DNA of 32,000 nucleotides from Pseudomonas aeruginosa (GCF_001457615.1 NZ_LN831024.1:570001-602000), one strand, 5' to 3'. Numbered from the stretch's first letter, positions 19,258-29,501 are shown. Made by a program: numbers and translations. Notes: generated from the sequence alone by a model not told the origin.

Positions 19258-19677
19258 CTACTGCGCCTGGGCCTGTTCCAGGCCTTTCTTGGCCTCTTCC
19301 AGTTCGGCGCGGGCCTCGGCCAGCTTGGCCTTGCGTTTCTCGATCTTCTCCGGATCGCCCTTGCCCATGGCCTTGCGCAAATCCTTCTCGCGTTCGCTGA
19401 CCTCGCGCTCGCTGTCGATCACCTTCTGCTTGTTCTCCCTCAGCAGGCCGGCTTCGGTGCAGTGTTCCTTGACCTCGGAGAGGGCCTTTTCCAAGCCGGC
19501 CACCTGGCCTTCGTTGGCGAACGAGCGGGCCGTTTCCAGCTTCGCCTCGATGGCGGCCTGCTTGGCGGCGCAACCGCTGAGTGGGGCGCCTTTGGCGGCG
19601 CCCGGCTGGGCGGCAGAGAGCGGCAGGGCGACGGCGAGCAGCAGCCCGGCCAGCGGCAGTGAAGGACGAATGGACAT
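19258..19677 (-). CDS. DUF1090-family periplasmic protein
   Basis: 139 aa from ATG at 19677 with a signal peptide then SGCAAKQAAIEAKLETARSFANEGQVAGLEKALSEVKEHC...EREKDLRKAMGKGDPEKIEKRKAKLAEARAELEEAK. Confidence 0.87.
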   Translation of the reverse strand: MSIRPSLPLAGLLLAVALPLSAAQPGAAKGAPLSGCAAKQAAIEAKLETARSFANEGQVAGLEKALSEVKEHCTEAGLLRENKQKVIDSEREVSEREKDLRKAMGKGDPEKIEKRKAKLAEARAELEEAKKGLEQAQAQ

Positions 19678-19926
19678 CGGTTGGCTCCTTGATCGAACGG
19701 CCGGTGCGGTTGCCGGACGACGGCTCGGCCGAGCGTCCTGGCAGGCGGATGAGGCAGGCGGCAGCCGGCGTGACAAAGGCGCAAGTGTGCCAGCAAACGG
19801 CACGGTTGTGGTTGTCCGGGAGCAAAGTACGCCGCCCCGGGGTCTCTGGAGAAGGGCCATGGTTCGGGCATTCCGGCGCAACCCGGCCTAACGTTGTCCG
19901 AAGACGCCGAGAACGGGAGAACCGCG

Positions 19927-20895
19927 ATGCGTACGCTGATCCGCCTGGTTCGCACGCTTATCCTGCTGCTGGTCCTGGCGCTGCTCGCCGGCGCCTGGTG
20001 GTGGCTGCAGGACGAGGCCCTGCGCCCCCCCGCGCTGGCCGGCCACAGCGAGGACTCGAGCCTGAAGGTCGCGGGCCTGCGCCGGCATTACCTGCTCTAC
20101 GTGCCGCCGGGCGTGTCCGAGGGAGCGCCGTTGCTGGTGGTGCTGCACGGCTCACGGGGCGACGGCGCGCAGATGCGCCGCATCAGCGGCTACGGCTTCG
20201 ACCGGCTGGCGGCGCAAGAAGGTTTCCTGGTGGCCTACCCGGACGGCTTCGAGGGCCACTGGAACGATTGCCGCAAGGCCGCCAGCTATTCGGCGCGGCT
20301 GCGTGACGTCGATGACGTGGCTTTCCTCCGCGCGCTGGTGGCGCGGCTGGCCCAGGAATACCGCGTCGATTCGCAGCGGGTATATGTCGCCGGCTACTCC
20401 AATGGCGGCCAGATGGCTTTCCGCCTGGCCGCCGAAGCGCCGGGGTTGCCGGCGGCGATCGCAGCGGTGGCGGCGAGCCTGCCGACCACGGGGAACGATG
20501 CCTGTCGGCCGGTCGAGCGGCCGACCGCGGCGTTGCTGATCAACGGCACGCGCGATCCGATCAATCCCTATCTCGGCGGCAAGGTCAGCCTGTTCGGCTT
20601 CGGCGACCGGGGCGCGGTACGCTCGACCCTGGACTCGGCACGCTGGTGGGCCGGCCTGAACGGCATCGCAGCGCCGCCGGACGTGGCGCCGCTGACCCGT
20701 CCCGGCCCGGTCTGGACCGAGCGCCAGCGCTGGCAGGAAGACGGCCATCCGCCGGTGGAGCTGCTCAGCGTGCATGGCGGCGGCCACGTGCTGGCGCAGC
20801 CGGACTATCGCTTCCCGCGGATTCTCGGCAAGAGCGACCCGGAACTGGACGCGCCAGTGGAAATCTGGCGCTTCTTCAGCCAGTTGCCGCGCTGA
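19927..20895 (+). CDS. PHB-depolymerase-like / LpqC-family alpha/beta hydrolase
   Basis: 322 aa from ATG at 19927 with TM anchor, PLLVVLHGSRGDG, nucleophile GYSNGGQMAFRLA and C-terminal GGGHVLAQ. Confidence 0.87.
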   Translation: MRTLIRLVRTLILLLVLALLAGAWWWLQDEALRPPALAGHSEDSSLKVAGLRRHYLLYVPPGVSEGAPLLVVLHGSRGDGAQMRRISGYGFDRLAAQEGFLVAYPDGFEGHWNDCRKAASYSARLRDVDDVAFLRALVARLAQEYRVDSQRVYVAGYSNGGQMAFRLAAEAPGLPAAIAAVAASLPTTGNDACRPVERPTAALLINGTRDPINPYLGGKVSLFGFGDRGAVRSTLDSARWWAGLNGIAAPPDVAPLTRPGPVWTERQRWQEDGHPPVELLSVHGGGHVLAQPDYRFPRILGKSDPELDAPVEIWRFFSQLPR

Positions 20896-20898
20896 GGC

Positions 20899-21642
20899 TC
20901 AGACCTCGAAGACGAATTCCGGACGGAACCCGCCTTTCTCGTGGGGATAGCCGCCCGGATTGGCCAGCACCCGTGCCCGGCCGATGCGGTAGTCGAGGGC
21001 GTCGTGGACGTGACCGTGCAGCCAGTAGTCGGCCTGCGCCACCAGTTCGTCGAGGTTGGAAGCGAAGGCTGGCGACAGTGGGTTGCCGACGAACTGCGGC
21101 GGGATCGACAGCGCACTGGGCGCGTGGTGGCTGACCACCAGCGTCGGGCCGTCGTGGGGCCGCGCCAGCTGTTCGGCGAGCCAGTCGCGCGAGGCCTGGT
21201 GCCGGGCGATGCTCTGCTCGGGGGTGAAGTCGCCACCGAACCAGTCGATGCAGCTGAAGTCCGGCATCGATTGCAGGGCCAGCTCATGGGCGGGTGCATA
21301 GCCGTCCGCGCCATAGAGCTGGAAGTCGGTCCACAGGGTGGCGCCGAGGAAGCGCGCCGGGCCGATCCGCACTTCGTCGTTTTCCAGGAAGTGGATCTCC
21401 AGCGCCCGGGCGATATTGCGCATCGCCTGGGTCAGGTCGGTCATTTCCGAGGAGTAGAACTCATGGTTGCCGGCGACGTAGACGATCTCGCTGTCGGCGA
21501 AGGTCTCGCGGGCCCAGTGCAGGCCTTCCAGGTGGCTGTGGATATCGCCGGCCAGCACCACCACGTCGGCCTCGACCTCTGGCAGTTGGCGTCGCCCGTC
21601 GAAATGTTCGTGGTGGAGGTCGGACAGCAGGCGGATCTTCAT
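20899..21642 (-). CDS. Calcineurin-like metallophosphoesterase
   Basis: 247 aa with IRLLSDLHHEHF, DVVVLAGDIHSH, VYVAGNHEFY, LVVSHHAPS, WLHGHVHDALDY. Confidence 0.93.
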   Translation of the reverse strand: MKIRLLSDLHHEHFDGRRQLPEVEADVVVLAGDIHSHLEGLHWARETFADSEIVYVAGNHEFYSSEMTDLTQAMRNIARALEIHFLENDEVRIGPARFLGATLWTDFQLYGADGYAPAHELALQSMPDFSCIDWFGGDFTPEQSIARHQASRDWLAEQLARPHDGPTLVVSHHAPSALSIPPQFVGNPLSPAFASNLDELVAQADYWLHGHVHDALDYRIGRARVLANPGGYPHEKGGFRPEFVFEV

Positions 21643-21846
21643 GGCACGGCTCGGCGGTAGGCGCGGCGGACCAGCATAGCTCCGCCCACCCCGGGGTTGA
21701 AGGCCGACAACGATTGACGCAGGTCATGGCTGTGCGGGAAAACCTCGCTGGCCTCGCTAATTCCCCCATGAAGTTAAGGGACAATTAAGACTGGACGCGC
21801 AGGGTTCATTCCAGCGATTCGCGCGTTCTGTCTGGGAGTGGTGCCA

Positions 21847-23151
21847 ATGAAACTGTTATGGGGAGTTCTCGCCGCCGCGCTGGCGGCCTGGGGCCTGACG
21901 CTGGCCGTCGATCCGCCGGCGAGCCTGGACATCTGGGTGGTGCGCAAGCAGGCGATCCTGCTTACCGGGGTAGCGTCCTTCGCCCTGATGTCGTTGATCA
22001 TGCTGCTGGCGGTGCGTCCGGTCTGGCTGGAGAAGCCGCTGGACGGGCTCGACCGCATGTACCGCCTGCACAAGTGGGCGGGCATCCTGGCCATCGTCCT
22101 CGGCCTGTTGCACTACCTGCTGGAGTTGGCCGGCCCCTGGCTGGCGGGTATCGTCGGCAAACCGGTGAAAGGCCCGCGGGTGGAAACCTTCCTCGATGTC
22201 TTCCGTGGCTCGGCCAAGGAGTTGGGTGAATGGTCGGCGTGGATTCTCGGCGGGATGCTGCTGATCACTCTCTGGCAGCGCTTCCCGTATCACCTCTGGC
22301 GTTATGTGCACAAGGCGTTGGCCCTGGTCTACCTGGTACTGGCCTTCCATTCCGTGGTGCTCGCCCCGGCCAGCTACTGGAGCCAGCCGGCCGGCTGGCT
22401 GGTGGCGGCCTGCGCACTGCTCGGTTCGGCCTGCGCACTGTTGTCTCTGAGCGGGCGGATCGGTCGCACGCGTCGCCATGCGGGCGTGGTCACCGCCGTC
22501 GAGCGGCACGGCGAAAGCCTGCTCGAGGTGACCTGCCGGCTGCAGGGCGACTGGTCGCACAGGGCCGGGCAGTTCGCCTTTCTCACCTGCGACCGCCTGG
22601 AGGGTGCCCATCCGTTCACCATCGCCAGCGCCGACCGCGGCTGCGGCGAGGTGCGCTTCAGCATCAAGGCGTTGGGCGACTACACCCGGCGCCTGCAGGA
22701 CAACCTGGAGGTCGGCGCCAGGGTCGAGGTGGAGGGGCCATACGGCTGCTTCGACTTCCGCCGTGGCCTGGCCGGGCGGCAGGTCTGGGTCGCCGCCGGG
22801 ATCGGCGTGACGCCGTTCATCGCCTGGCTGGAGTCGCTGCAGGCCGTGCCGGAAAGCGCGCCATCGGTGGAGCTGCACTATTGCGTGCGCAATTCCCAGG
22901 AAGCGCTGTTCGCCGGGCGCTTGCGCGAGCTTTGCGAACACCTGCCCAGCGTGACCCTGCACATCCGCTATAGCGACGAGCAGGGCAAGCCGCAGGCGGC
23001 GCAACTGGGCGTGCTGAAGAGCGCCGAAGGACGCTGGCCGAGCGTCTGGTTCTGCGGTCCGCAGGGGCTGGCCGACAGCCTGCGCCGCGATCTGCGCCGG
23101 CAGGGCGTGCCGCTGCGGCTGTTCCACCAGGAAGCCTTCCGCATGCGCTGA
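21847..23151 (+). CDS. Ferric reductase-like transmembrane / ferredoxin-NADP reductase-type oxidoreductase
   Basis: 434 aa from ATG at 21847 (alternative GTG at 21838). N-terminal heme-type TM domain (His-containing helices HKWAGILAIVLGLLHYLL, HKALALVYLVLAFHSVVL), then FAD (GQFAFLTC, HPFTIAS) and NAD (VWVAAGIGVTPFIAWLESL, WFCGPQGLADSLRRDL) domains. Confidence 0.9.
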   Translation: MKLLWGVLAAALAAWGLTLAVDPPASLDIWVVRKQAILLTGVASFALMSLIMLLAVRPVWLEKPLDGLDRMYRLHKWAGILAIVLGLLHYLLELAGPWLAGIVGKPVKGPRVETFLDVFRGSAKELGEWSAWILGGMLLITLWQRFPYHLWRYVHKALALVYLVLAFHSVVLAPASYWSQPAGWLVAACALLGSACALLSLSGRIGRTRRHAGVVTAVERHGESLLEVTCRLQGDWSHRAGQFAFLTCDRLEGAHPFTIASADRGCGEVRFSIKALGDYTRRLQDNLEVGARVEVEGPYGCFDFRRGLAGRQVWVAAGIGVTPFIAWLESLQAVPESAPSVELHYCVRNSQEALFAGRLRELCEHLPSVTLHIRYSDEQGKPQAAQLGVLKSAEGRWPSVWFCGPQGLADSLRRDLRRQGVPLRLFHQEAFRMR

Positions 23152-23164
23152 GCCTGCCGGAAAC

Positions 23165-23192
23165 GAAAAAGCCCCGCCGAAGCGGGGCTTTT
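23165..23192. terminator. Bidirectional intrinsic terminator
   Basis: AAAAAGCCCCGC-CGAA-GCGGGGCTTTTT lies between the convergent oxidoreductase gene and metK. Confidence 0.92.
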
Positions 23193-23207
23193 TCATCGCG
23201 CGGTCGC

Positions 23208-24398
23208 TCAGAGGCCGGCGGCATCGCGCAGGAGAGCGGCCTTGTCGGTCTTCTCCCAGGTGAACGCGGTGAAGGTATCGCCGTCCACGGTCAGCTCGAA
23301 CGGATGACGACCGAAGTGGCCGTAGGCCGCGGTCGGCTGGTACATCGGGTGGAGCAGGTCGAGCATCTTGGTGATCGCGTACGGGCGCAGGTCGAAGTGC
23401 TCGCGGACCAGTTGTACGATCTTCTCGTCGCTGACCTTGCCGGTGCCGAAGGTGTTGATCGAGATCGAGGTCGGCTGGGCCACGCCGATGGCATAGGAAA
23501 CCTGGATCTCGCAACGCTCGGCGAGGCCGGCGGCGACGATGTTCTTCGCCACGTAGCGGCCGGCGTAGGCGGCGGAGCGGTCGACCTTGGACGGGTCCTT
23601 GCCGGAGAACGCGCCGCCGCCGTGGCGGGCCATGCCGCCGTAGGAGTCGACGATGATCTTGCGTCCGGTCAGGCCGCAGTCGCCGACCGGGCCGCCGATC
23701 ACGAAGTTGCCGGTCGGGTTGATGTGGAACTGGGTGTCCTTGTGCAGCAGCTCGGCCGGCAGCACCTGCTTGATGATCAGCTCCATCACGCCGTCGCGCA
23801 GGTCGTTATAGGAGACTTCCGGGTTGTGCTGGGTGGACAGCACCACCGCATCGATGCCGACCACCTTGCCGCCTTCGTAGCGGCAGGTCACCTGGGACTT
23901 GGCGTCCGGGCGCAGCCATGGCAGCAGGCCGGACTTGCGCGCCTCGGCCTGGCGCTCGACCAGGCGGTGGGAGAAGCAGATCGGCGCCGGCATCAGCACG
24001 TCGGTCTCGTTGCTGGCGTAGCCGAACATCAGGCCCTGGTCGCCGGCGCCCTGGTCTTCCGGCTTGGCCCGGTCGACGCCCTGGTTGATGTCCACCGACT
24101 GCTTGCCGATGATGTTCAGCACGCCGCAGGTGGCACCATCGAAGCCGACGTCGGAGCTGTCGTAGCCGATGTCGATGATGACCTTGCGCACCAGCTCTTC
24201 CAGGTCGACCCAGGCGGAGGTGGTGACTTCACCGGCGATGATCGCCACGCCGGTCTTGACCAGGGTTTCGCATGCCACGCGAGCGTACTTGTCCTTGGCG
24301 ATGATGGCGTCCAGCACCGCGTCGGAGATCTGGTCCGCGATCTTGTCCGGATGGCCTTCGGACACGGACTCGGAGGTGAAAACGGAATATTCGCTCAT
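23208..24398 (-). CDS. metK: S-adenosylmethionine synthetase
   Basis: 396 aa: [32 protein letters not shown]..., [12 protein letters not shown]-type region ([17 protein letters not shown]), [23 protein letters not shown]. Confidence 0.98.
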
Positions 24399-24413
24399 CA
24401 ATCGGTTCCTACA

Positions 24414-25415
24414 TTACCGGTGGGTGAGGCGGCTTTCGGATGCATCCCTGGCGAAGTGCCGGACCTGGATCTGGAAGCCATTGCGTAAACCAATGTAAAG
24501 ACTCTCGCCGGGCGTGAGCCCTGCGGCGTCGGCCCACTGGGCCAGGTCCTCCTGTTCGAAACCCAACCAGAGGTCGCCGCAGGCCTCCCTGGCCCAGCCC
24601 TGGTTGTGCCGGCACAAGTCCGTCACCAGCAGGCTGCCGCCCGGATGGACCAGGCGGGCCAACTGTTTCAGCGCCTCCGCCGGCGCGGCGAAGTGGTGCA
24701 GGACCATGTTCAGCACCACGCAATCGGCCGGTTCGGCGGCGTCCTGCAGGGCATCGGCCAATTCCAGGCGGACGTTGCCCAATCCTTCTTCCTTGCAGCG
24801 CTGGCGCGCCAGTTCCAGCATCGCCGCGCTGTTGTCCAGCGCCGTGACCTGGCGGAAACGCCTGGCGAGTTCCGGCAGGAATCCGCCGTCCCCCGGGCCG
24901 ACCTCCAGCGCCGTGGCGCCGGGGGCGAAGGCCAGTGCGTCGAGCAAGGCCAACACGCTCTCACGGTATTGCGGCAGTCCTGCGATCAGGTCCTGCTGGG
25001 CCTGGAACTTGTCCGCCGCGCGGGCGAAGAAGTCCTGGCTGACCGCCGCGCGCTGGGCGTGCACGGCATCGATCCGCGCCCGCACGTCGTCGGGTAGCGC
25101 CCGTTCGTCCACTTCCTCCAGCAGCGCCGCGTGCAGCGCGCCGCCGGTGCGTTCGGCCAGGGGCAGCGAACGTCGGTAGAAGATCGCGTTGCCCTCGCGG
25201 CGCGTCGCCACCAGCCCGGCCTGGGCCAGCACCTTGAGGTGGTGGCTCATGCCCGACTGGCCGATGGCGAAGATCTGCGCCAGCTCCAGCACGCCGAACG
25301 AATCGTTGGCCAGGGCGCGCAACACATTCAGTCGCAGCGAGTCGCCAGCCGCCTTGCACAGCGCGGCGAGCGGGTCGTAGTCGTCTGGTCGTATCGAAGG
25401 CACGCGAAGGCTCAT
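24414..25415 (-). CDS. ArsR-family HTH fused to SAM-dependent methyltransferase domain; candidate methionine/SAH-cycle regulator
   Basis: 333 aa. N-terminal ArsR HTH (SFGVLELAQIFAIGQSGMSHHLKVLAQAGLVATRREGNAIFYR) and C-terminal Rossmann MTase (ALEVGPGDGGFLPELARRFRQVTALDNSAAMLELAR). It lies 15 nt upstream of metK. Confidence 0.9.
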   Translation of the reverse strand: MSLRVPSIRPDDYDPLAALCKAAGDSLRLNVLRALANDSFGVLELAQIFAIGQSGMSHHLKVLAQAGLVATRREGNAIFYRRSLPLAERTGGALHAALLEEVDERALPDDVRARIDAVHAQRAAVSQDFFARAADKFQAQQDLIAGLPQYRESVLALLDALAFAPGATALEVGPGDGGFLPELARRFRQVTALDNSAAMLELARQRCKEEGLGNVRLELADALQDAAEPADCVVLNMVLHHFAAPAEALKQLARLVHPGGSLLVTDLCRHNQGWAREACGDLWLGFEQEDLAQWADAAGLTPGESLYIGLRNGFQIQVRHFARDASESRLTHR

Positions 25416-25458
25416 GGAGGCGCAGTCTAGTACCGGGTCCGAACCCCGGCAATGCCTG

Positions 25459-25476
25459 TATCAAAAATTTTTGATA
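25459..25476. promoter_or_regulatory. Candidate operator palindrome upstream of the ArsR-MTase/metK operon
   Basis: TATCAAAAATTTTTGATA is an 18-bp perfect palindrome about 44 nt upstream of the regulator ATG, in a strongly AT-rich island. Confidence 0.65.
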
Positions 25477-25594
25477 TTGATGACGGGTGGCCGTCGCGCA
25501 ATTGCAATCCGGCTGCGCCAGGCTTCTGGCAAAACCGGTCGGCAGCGACATACTGTCCCCCTGCCGATCTGTCATTGCCCCTTGGGCCTTCGGT

Positions 25595-25618
25595 GGGCGA
25601 AAATGGCGCCCTTTTTTT
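25595..25618 (+). terminator. Terminator-like hairpin in the tkt 5' region
   Basis: GGGCG-AAAATGG-CGCCC followed by TTTTTTT, ending 43 nt before the tkt ATG. Confidence 0.55.
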
Positions 25619-25661
25619 CACTCCTGGTCTTCCGACCAGCAACCCCCGTAGGAGAATTGCG

Positions 25662-27659
25662 ATGCCCAGCCGTCGTGAGCGAGCCAATGCCATCCGTGCA
25701 CTGAGCATGGATGCCGTGCAGAAAGCCAACAGCGGCCACCCGGGCGCCCCGATGGGCATGGCCGATATCGCCGAGGTCCTCTGGCGCGACTACATGCAGC
25801 ACAACCCGAGCAACCCGCAGTGGGCCAACCGCGACCGCTTCGTGCTGTCCAACGGCCACGGCTCGATGCTGATCTACTCCCTGCTGCACCTCACCGGGTA
25901 CGACCTCGGCATCGAGGACCTGAAGAACTTCCGCCAGCTCAACTCGCGCACCCCGGGCCACCCGGAGTACGGCTACACCGCCGGCGTCGAGACCACCACC
26001 GGTCCGCTCGGCCAGGGCATCGCCAATGCGGTGGGCATGGCGCTGGCGGAGAAGGTCCTGGCCGCCCAGTTCAACCGCGACGGTCACGTGGTGGTCGACC
26101 ACTACACCTACGCCTTCCTCGGCGACGGCTGCATGATGGAAGGCATTTCCCATGAGGTCGCCTCGCTGGCCGGCACCCTGCGCCTGAACAAGCTGATCGC
26201 CTTCTACGACGACAACGGCATTTCCATCGACGGCGAGGTCCACGGCTGGTTCACCGACGACACCCCGAAGCGCTTCGAGGCCTATGGCTGGCAAGTGATC
26301 CGCAACGTCGACGGGCATGACGCCGACGAGATCAAGACCGCCATCGATACCGCGCGCAAGAGCGACCAGCCGACCCTGATCTGCTGCAAGACCGTGATCG
26401 GTTTCGGCTCGCCGAACAAGCAGGGCAAGGAAGAGTGCCACGGCGCGCCGCTGGGCGCCGACGAGATCGCCGCGACCCGCGCCGCGCTGGGCTGGGAGCA
26501 CGCTCCGTTCGAGATCCCGGCGCAGATCTACGCCGAGTGGGACGCCAAGGAATCCGGCGCCGCCCAGGAAGCCGAGTGGAACAAGCGTTTCGCCGCCTAC
26601 CAGGCTGCCCATCCGGAACTGGCCGCCGAATTGCTGCGCCGCCTGAAGGGCGAGCTGCCGGCCGACTTCGCCGAGAAGGCCGCGGCCTACGTCGCCGATG
26701 TTGCCAACAAGGGTGAGACCATCGCCAGCCGCAAGGCCAGCCAGAACGCGCTGAACGCCTTCGGCCCGCTGCTGCCGGAGCTGCTCGGCGGTTCCGCCGA
26801 CCTGGCCGGCTCCAACCTGACCTTGTGGAAGGGCTGCAAGGGCGTCAGCGCCGACGACGCCGCCGGCAACTACGTGTTCTACGGCGTGCGCGAATTCGGC
26901 ATGAGCGCGATCATGAATGGCGTCGCCCTGCACGGCGGTTTCATTCCCTACGGTGCGACCTTCCTGATCTTCATGGAATACGCGCGCAACGCCGTGCGCA
27001 TGTCCGCATTGATGAAGCAGCGCGTGCTCTACGTGTTCACCCACGACTCCATCGGCCTCGGCGAGGACGGCCCGACCCACCAGCCGATCGAACAACTGGC
27101 CAGCCTGCGCCTGACCCCGAACCTGGACACCTGGCGCCCGGCCGACGCGGTCGAGTCGGCGGTGGCCTGGAAGCATGCCATCGAGCGTGCCGACGGTCCG
27201 TCCGCGCTGATCTTCTCCCGCCAGAACCTGCCGCACCAGGCGCGCGACGTCGCCCAGGTGGCCGACATCGCCCGCGGCGGCTACGTGCTGAAGGACTGCG
27301 AAGGCGAGCCGGAACTGATCCTGATCGCCACCGGTTCGGAAGTCGGCCTGGCCGTGCAGGCCTACGACAAGCTCAGCGAGCAGGGCCGCAAGGTCCGTGT
27401 GGTATCGATGCCATGCACCAGCGTCTACGAGCAGCAGGACGAGTCCTACAAGCAGTCCGTGCTGCCGGTGGAAGTCGGCGCGCGCATCGCCATCGAGGCC
27501 GCCCATGCCGACTACTGGTACAAGTACGTCGGTCTCGACGGGCGCATCATCGGCATGACCAGCTTCGGCGAGTCGGCGCCGGCCCCGGCGCTGTTCGAGC
27601 ACTTCGGCTTCACCCTGGACAACGTCCTGGCGGTGGCCGAGGAGCTGCTGGAAGACTGA
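25662..27659 (+). CDS. tktA: Transketolase
   Basis: 665 aa: [51 protein letters not shown]..., [43 protein letters not shown]; AGGAG ribosome-binding site upstream. Confidence 0.97.
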   Translation: MPSRRERANAIRALSMDAVQKANSGHPGAPMGMADIAEVLWRDYMQHNPSNPQWANRDRFVLSNGHGSMLIYSLLHLTGYDLGIEDLKNFRQLNSRTPGHPEYGYTAGVETTTGPLGQGIANAVGMALAEKVLAAQFNRDGHVVVDHYTYAFLGDGCMMEGISHEVASLAGTLRLNKLIAFYDDNGISIDGEVHGWFTDDTPKRFEAYGWQVIRNVDGHDADEIKTAIDTARKSDQPTLICCKTVIGFGSPNKQGKEECHGAPLGADEIAATRAALGWEHAPFEIPAQIYAEWDAKESGAAQEAEWNKRFAAYQAAHPELAAELLRRLKGELPADFAEKAAAYVADVANKGETIASRKASQNALNAFGPLLPELLGGSADLAGSNLTLWKGCKGVSADDAAGNYVFYGVREFGMSAIMNGVALHGGFIPYGATFLIFMEYARNAVRMSALMKQRVLYVFTHDSIGLGEDGPTHQPIEQLASLRLTPNLDTWRPADAVESAVAWKHAIERADGPSALIFSRQNLPHQARDVAQVADIARGGYVLKDCEGEPELILIATGSEVGLAVQAYDKLSEQGRKVRVVSMPCTSVYEQQDESYKQSVLPVEVGARIAIEAAHADYWYKYVGLDGRIIGMTSFGESAPAPALFEHFGFTLDNVLAVAEELLED

Positions 27660-28723
27660 TGCACACGCTCTACTGGCGGGACCTCGAAAGCCCCGCCAAT
27701 GGCGAATGGCTGGGCCTCGCGGTCCAGGTGGAGGGCGCCCATCGGGCGCCCTCTTTCCTTCATCTGCAATCCGGCGGCCAGGCCCGCATTCGCCTGATGC
27801 GTGGCGATCAGCCGCTGCTCTGGGCCACCCAGTTGCCGTACCACGATGGCATCTGGCTGGTGAAGAGCCTGGTCGCGGCGAGCCCGGCGCAGGCCAGCGT
27901 GCCGCCCATCGACTCGCCGACCCTGGAAGCGTTGCGCGGCCTGCGCGGCGAGGCCCGCTACAAGGCCTGGAGCCGCTATTTCGTCGAGACCCTGCGTACC
28001 AGCCCGGGCAGTTGCCTGGAGGCCGGGCGCTGGTTGCTGCGCCTGTCGCTCGCCGAGCAGGTGCCCGCCTGGCAGCCACCGCAGAGCCACGATCCGCGCG
28101 AAAGGGTGCTGGAACGCTGGCGCTACCGCAGCGTCGGGCGCGACGCACTGTTGCCGGACTGGCGCTTCTACAGCCTGGAGAAGGTCCTCGACGACGACTG
28201 GGTGCAGTGGCTCGACTGGTGGGGGCGCGACAACGACGCCCTGATCGCCCTGCGCCGGGTCGAGGATGACGAGGGGCGGGTCAAGTGGTGGCGCAAGAAG
28301 GCCCGCGAAGGCGAGCTGCCGCCGGTGCTGGCGCTGCGCCTGAACTGCCTGGATGCCTGCGTGATCCTCGATGGCCACTGCCGGCTGCGCGCCGGCCTGC
28401 TGGAGAACGTCGCGCCGGAGATCCTGGTGCTCTGTGCCTACGACGAGCAGCCGATGCCGGTGGATACGGCGCAGCGCGAACGGGTGCTGCAATCGCTGGC
28501 GCAGCGGGTCGACGCGCCGGTGCGCCGTGGACGCCGGCCGCTGGATAGCGAACAGCTCAACCAGGTGCTGCTGCGCCTGTTCGACGACCGTCCCTGGCCG
28601 CGAGTGCTGACCCGTGCCCGCGCGGTGCTGAAGGAAGAGCAGTGGTGCGCGGAAGTGCGCGACTGGCTGGCCGCCCGCGAGCGTCTGGACGCGCTGGAGC
28701 CGATCATCCGTCGCGTCGAGTAG
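27659..28723 (+). CDS. Conserved hypothetical protein, 354 aa
   Basis: ORF starting at ATG 27659 overlapping the tkt stop ([40 protein letters not shown]...). Translationally coupled; no recognised domain. Confidence 0.8.
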   Translation: MHTLYWRDLESPANGEWLGLAVQVEGAHRAPSFLHLQSGGQARIRLMRGDQPLLWATQLPYHDGIWLVKSLVAASPAQASVPPIDSPTLEALRGLRGEARYKAWSRYFVETLRTSPGSCLEAGRWLLRLSLAEQVPAWQPPQSHDPRERVLERWRYRSVGRDALLPDWRFYSLEKVLDDDWVQWLDWWGRDNDALIALRRVEDDEGRVKWWRKKAREGELPPVLALRLNCLDACVILDGHCRLRAGLLENVAPEILVLCAYDEQPMPVDTAQRERVLQSLAQRVDAPVRRGRRPLDSEQLNQVLLRLFDDRPWPRVLTRARAVLKEEQWCAEVRDWLAARERLDALEPIIRRVE

Positions 28724-29501
28724 CGCGCCAGCGCCGCAGCCATTCCAGGCCTGCCGAGGTGTCGCCGCGCGGACGGTACTCGCAGCCGATCCAGCCCTGG
28801 TAGCCGAGCCGTTCGAGTAGCTCGAACAGGTAGGGGTAGTTCACTTCGTTGTCGTCATCCGGCTCGTGGCGGTCGGGTACCCCGGCGATCTGGACGTGGC
28901 CGATATTGCCGATGTCGCGACGCAGGGTGGTGGCCAGGTCGCCCTCGACGATCTGGCAGTGGTAGCAGTCGAACTGTACCTGCAGGTTGTCCGCGCCGAC
29001 CTCGCGGCAGATGGCCTGGGCGTCGTCCTGGCGGGTGAGGAAGAAGCCCGGCATGTCGCGGTTGTTGATCGGCTCTATGAGCACCGTCAGCCCGGCACCG
29101 GCGGCCTCGCGGGCGGCATGGGCGAGGTTGTCGAGGTAGGTCTCGCGGTGGCGGATGCGGTCGGCGCCGGCCGGCAGCAGTCCGGCCATGACATGGATGT
29201 GGCGGTTGCCGAGGACCTGGGCATAGTCGATGGCCTGGGCGATGGCGCGGCGGAATTCGGCCTCGCGCCCCGGCAGGCTGGCCAGGCCGCGCTCGCCCTT
29301 GTCCCAGTCGCCGGGTGCGGCATTGAACAGCACCTGGCGCAGGCCGTGGTCGTCCAGCCGGGCCTTCAGTTCGGCCGCAGGGTAGGCATAGGGGAACAGG
29401 TACTCCACGCCCTCGAAGCCGTCCGCCGCGGCGGCGGCGAAGCGTTCGAGGAAGTCGTGGCGGGGGTAGAGCATGCTGAGGTTGGCGGCGAAGCGGGGCA
29501 T
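28704..29501 (-). CDS. hyi: Hydroxypyruvate isomerase-type TIM-barrel protein (Hyi/OtnI family)
   Basis: 265 aa from ATG at 29501: [91 protein letters not shown]. Confidence 0.92.
   Translation of the reverse strand: MPRFAANLSMLYPRHDFLERFAAAAADGFEGVEYLFPYAYPAAELKARLDDHGLRQVLFNAAPGDWDKGERGLASLPGREAEFRRAIAQAIDYAQVLGNRHIHVMAGLLPAGADRIRHRETYLDNLAHAAREAAGAGLTVLIEPINNRDMPGFFLTRQDDAQAICREVGADNLQVQFDCYHCQIVEGDLATTLRRDIGNIGHVQIAGVPDRHEPDDDNEVNYPYLFELLERLGYQGWIGCEYRPRGDTSAGLEWLRRWRATRRDG

Noticed and set aside
21856-23514. Minus-strand 552-aa ORF antisense to the ferric-reductase-type gene and overlapping metK
   Set aside because: It opposes strong FAD/NAD domain coding, crosses a terminator and overlaps the 3' end of metK.
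25572-28148. Minus-strand 858-aa ORF antisense to tkt
   Set aside because: It is an open frame created by GC-biased codon usage opposite a textbook transketolase.
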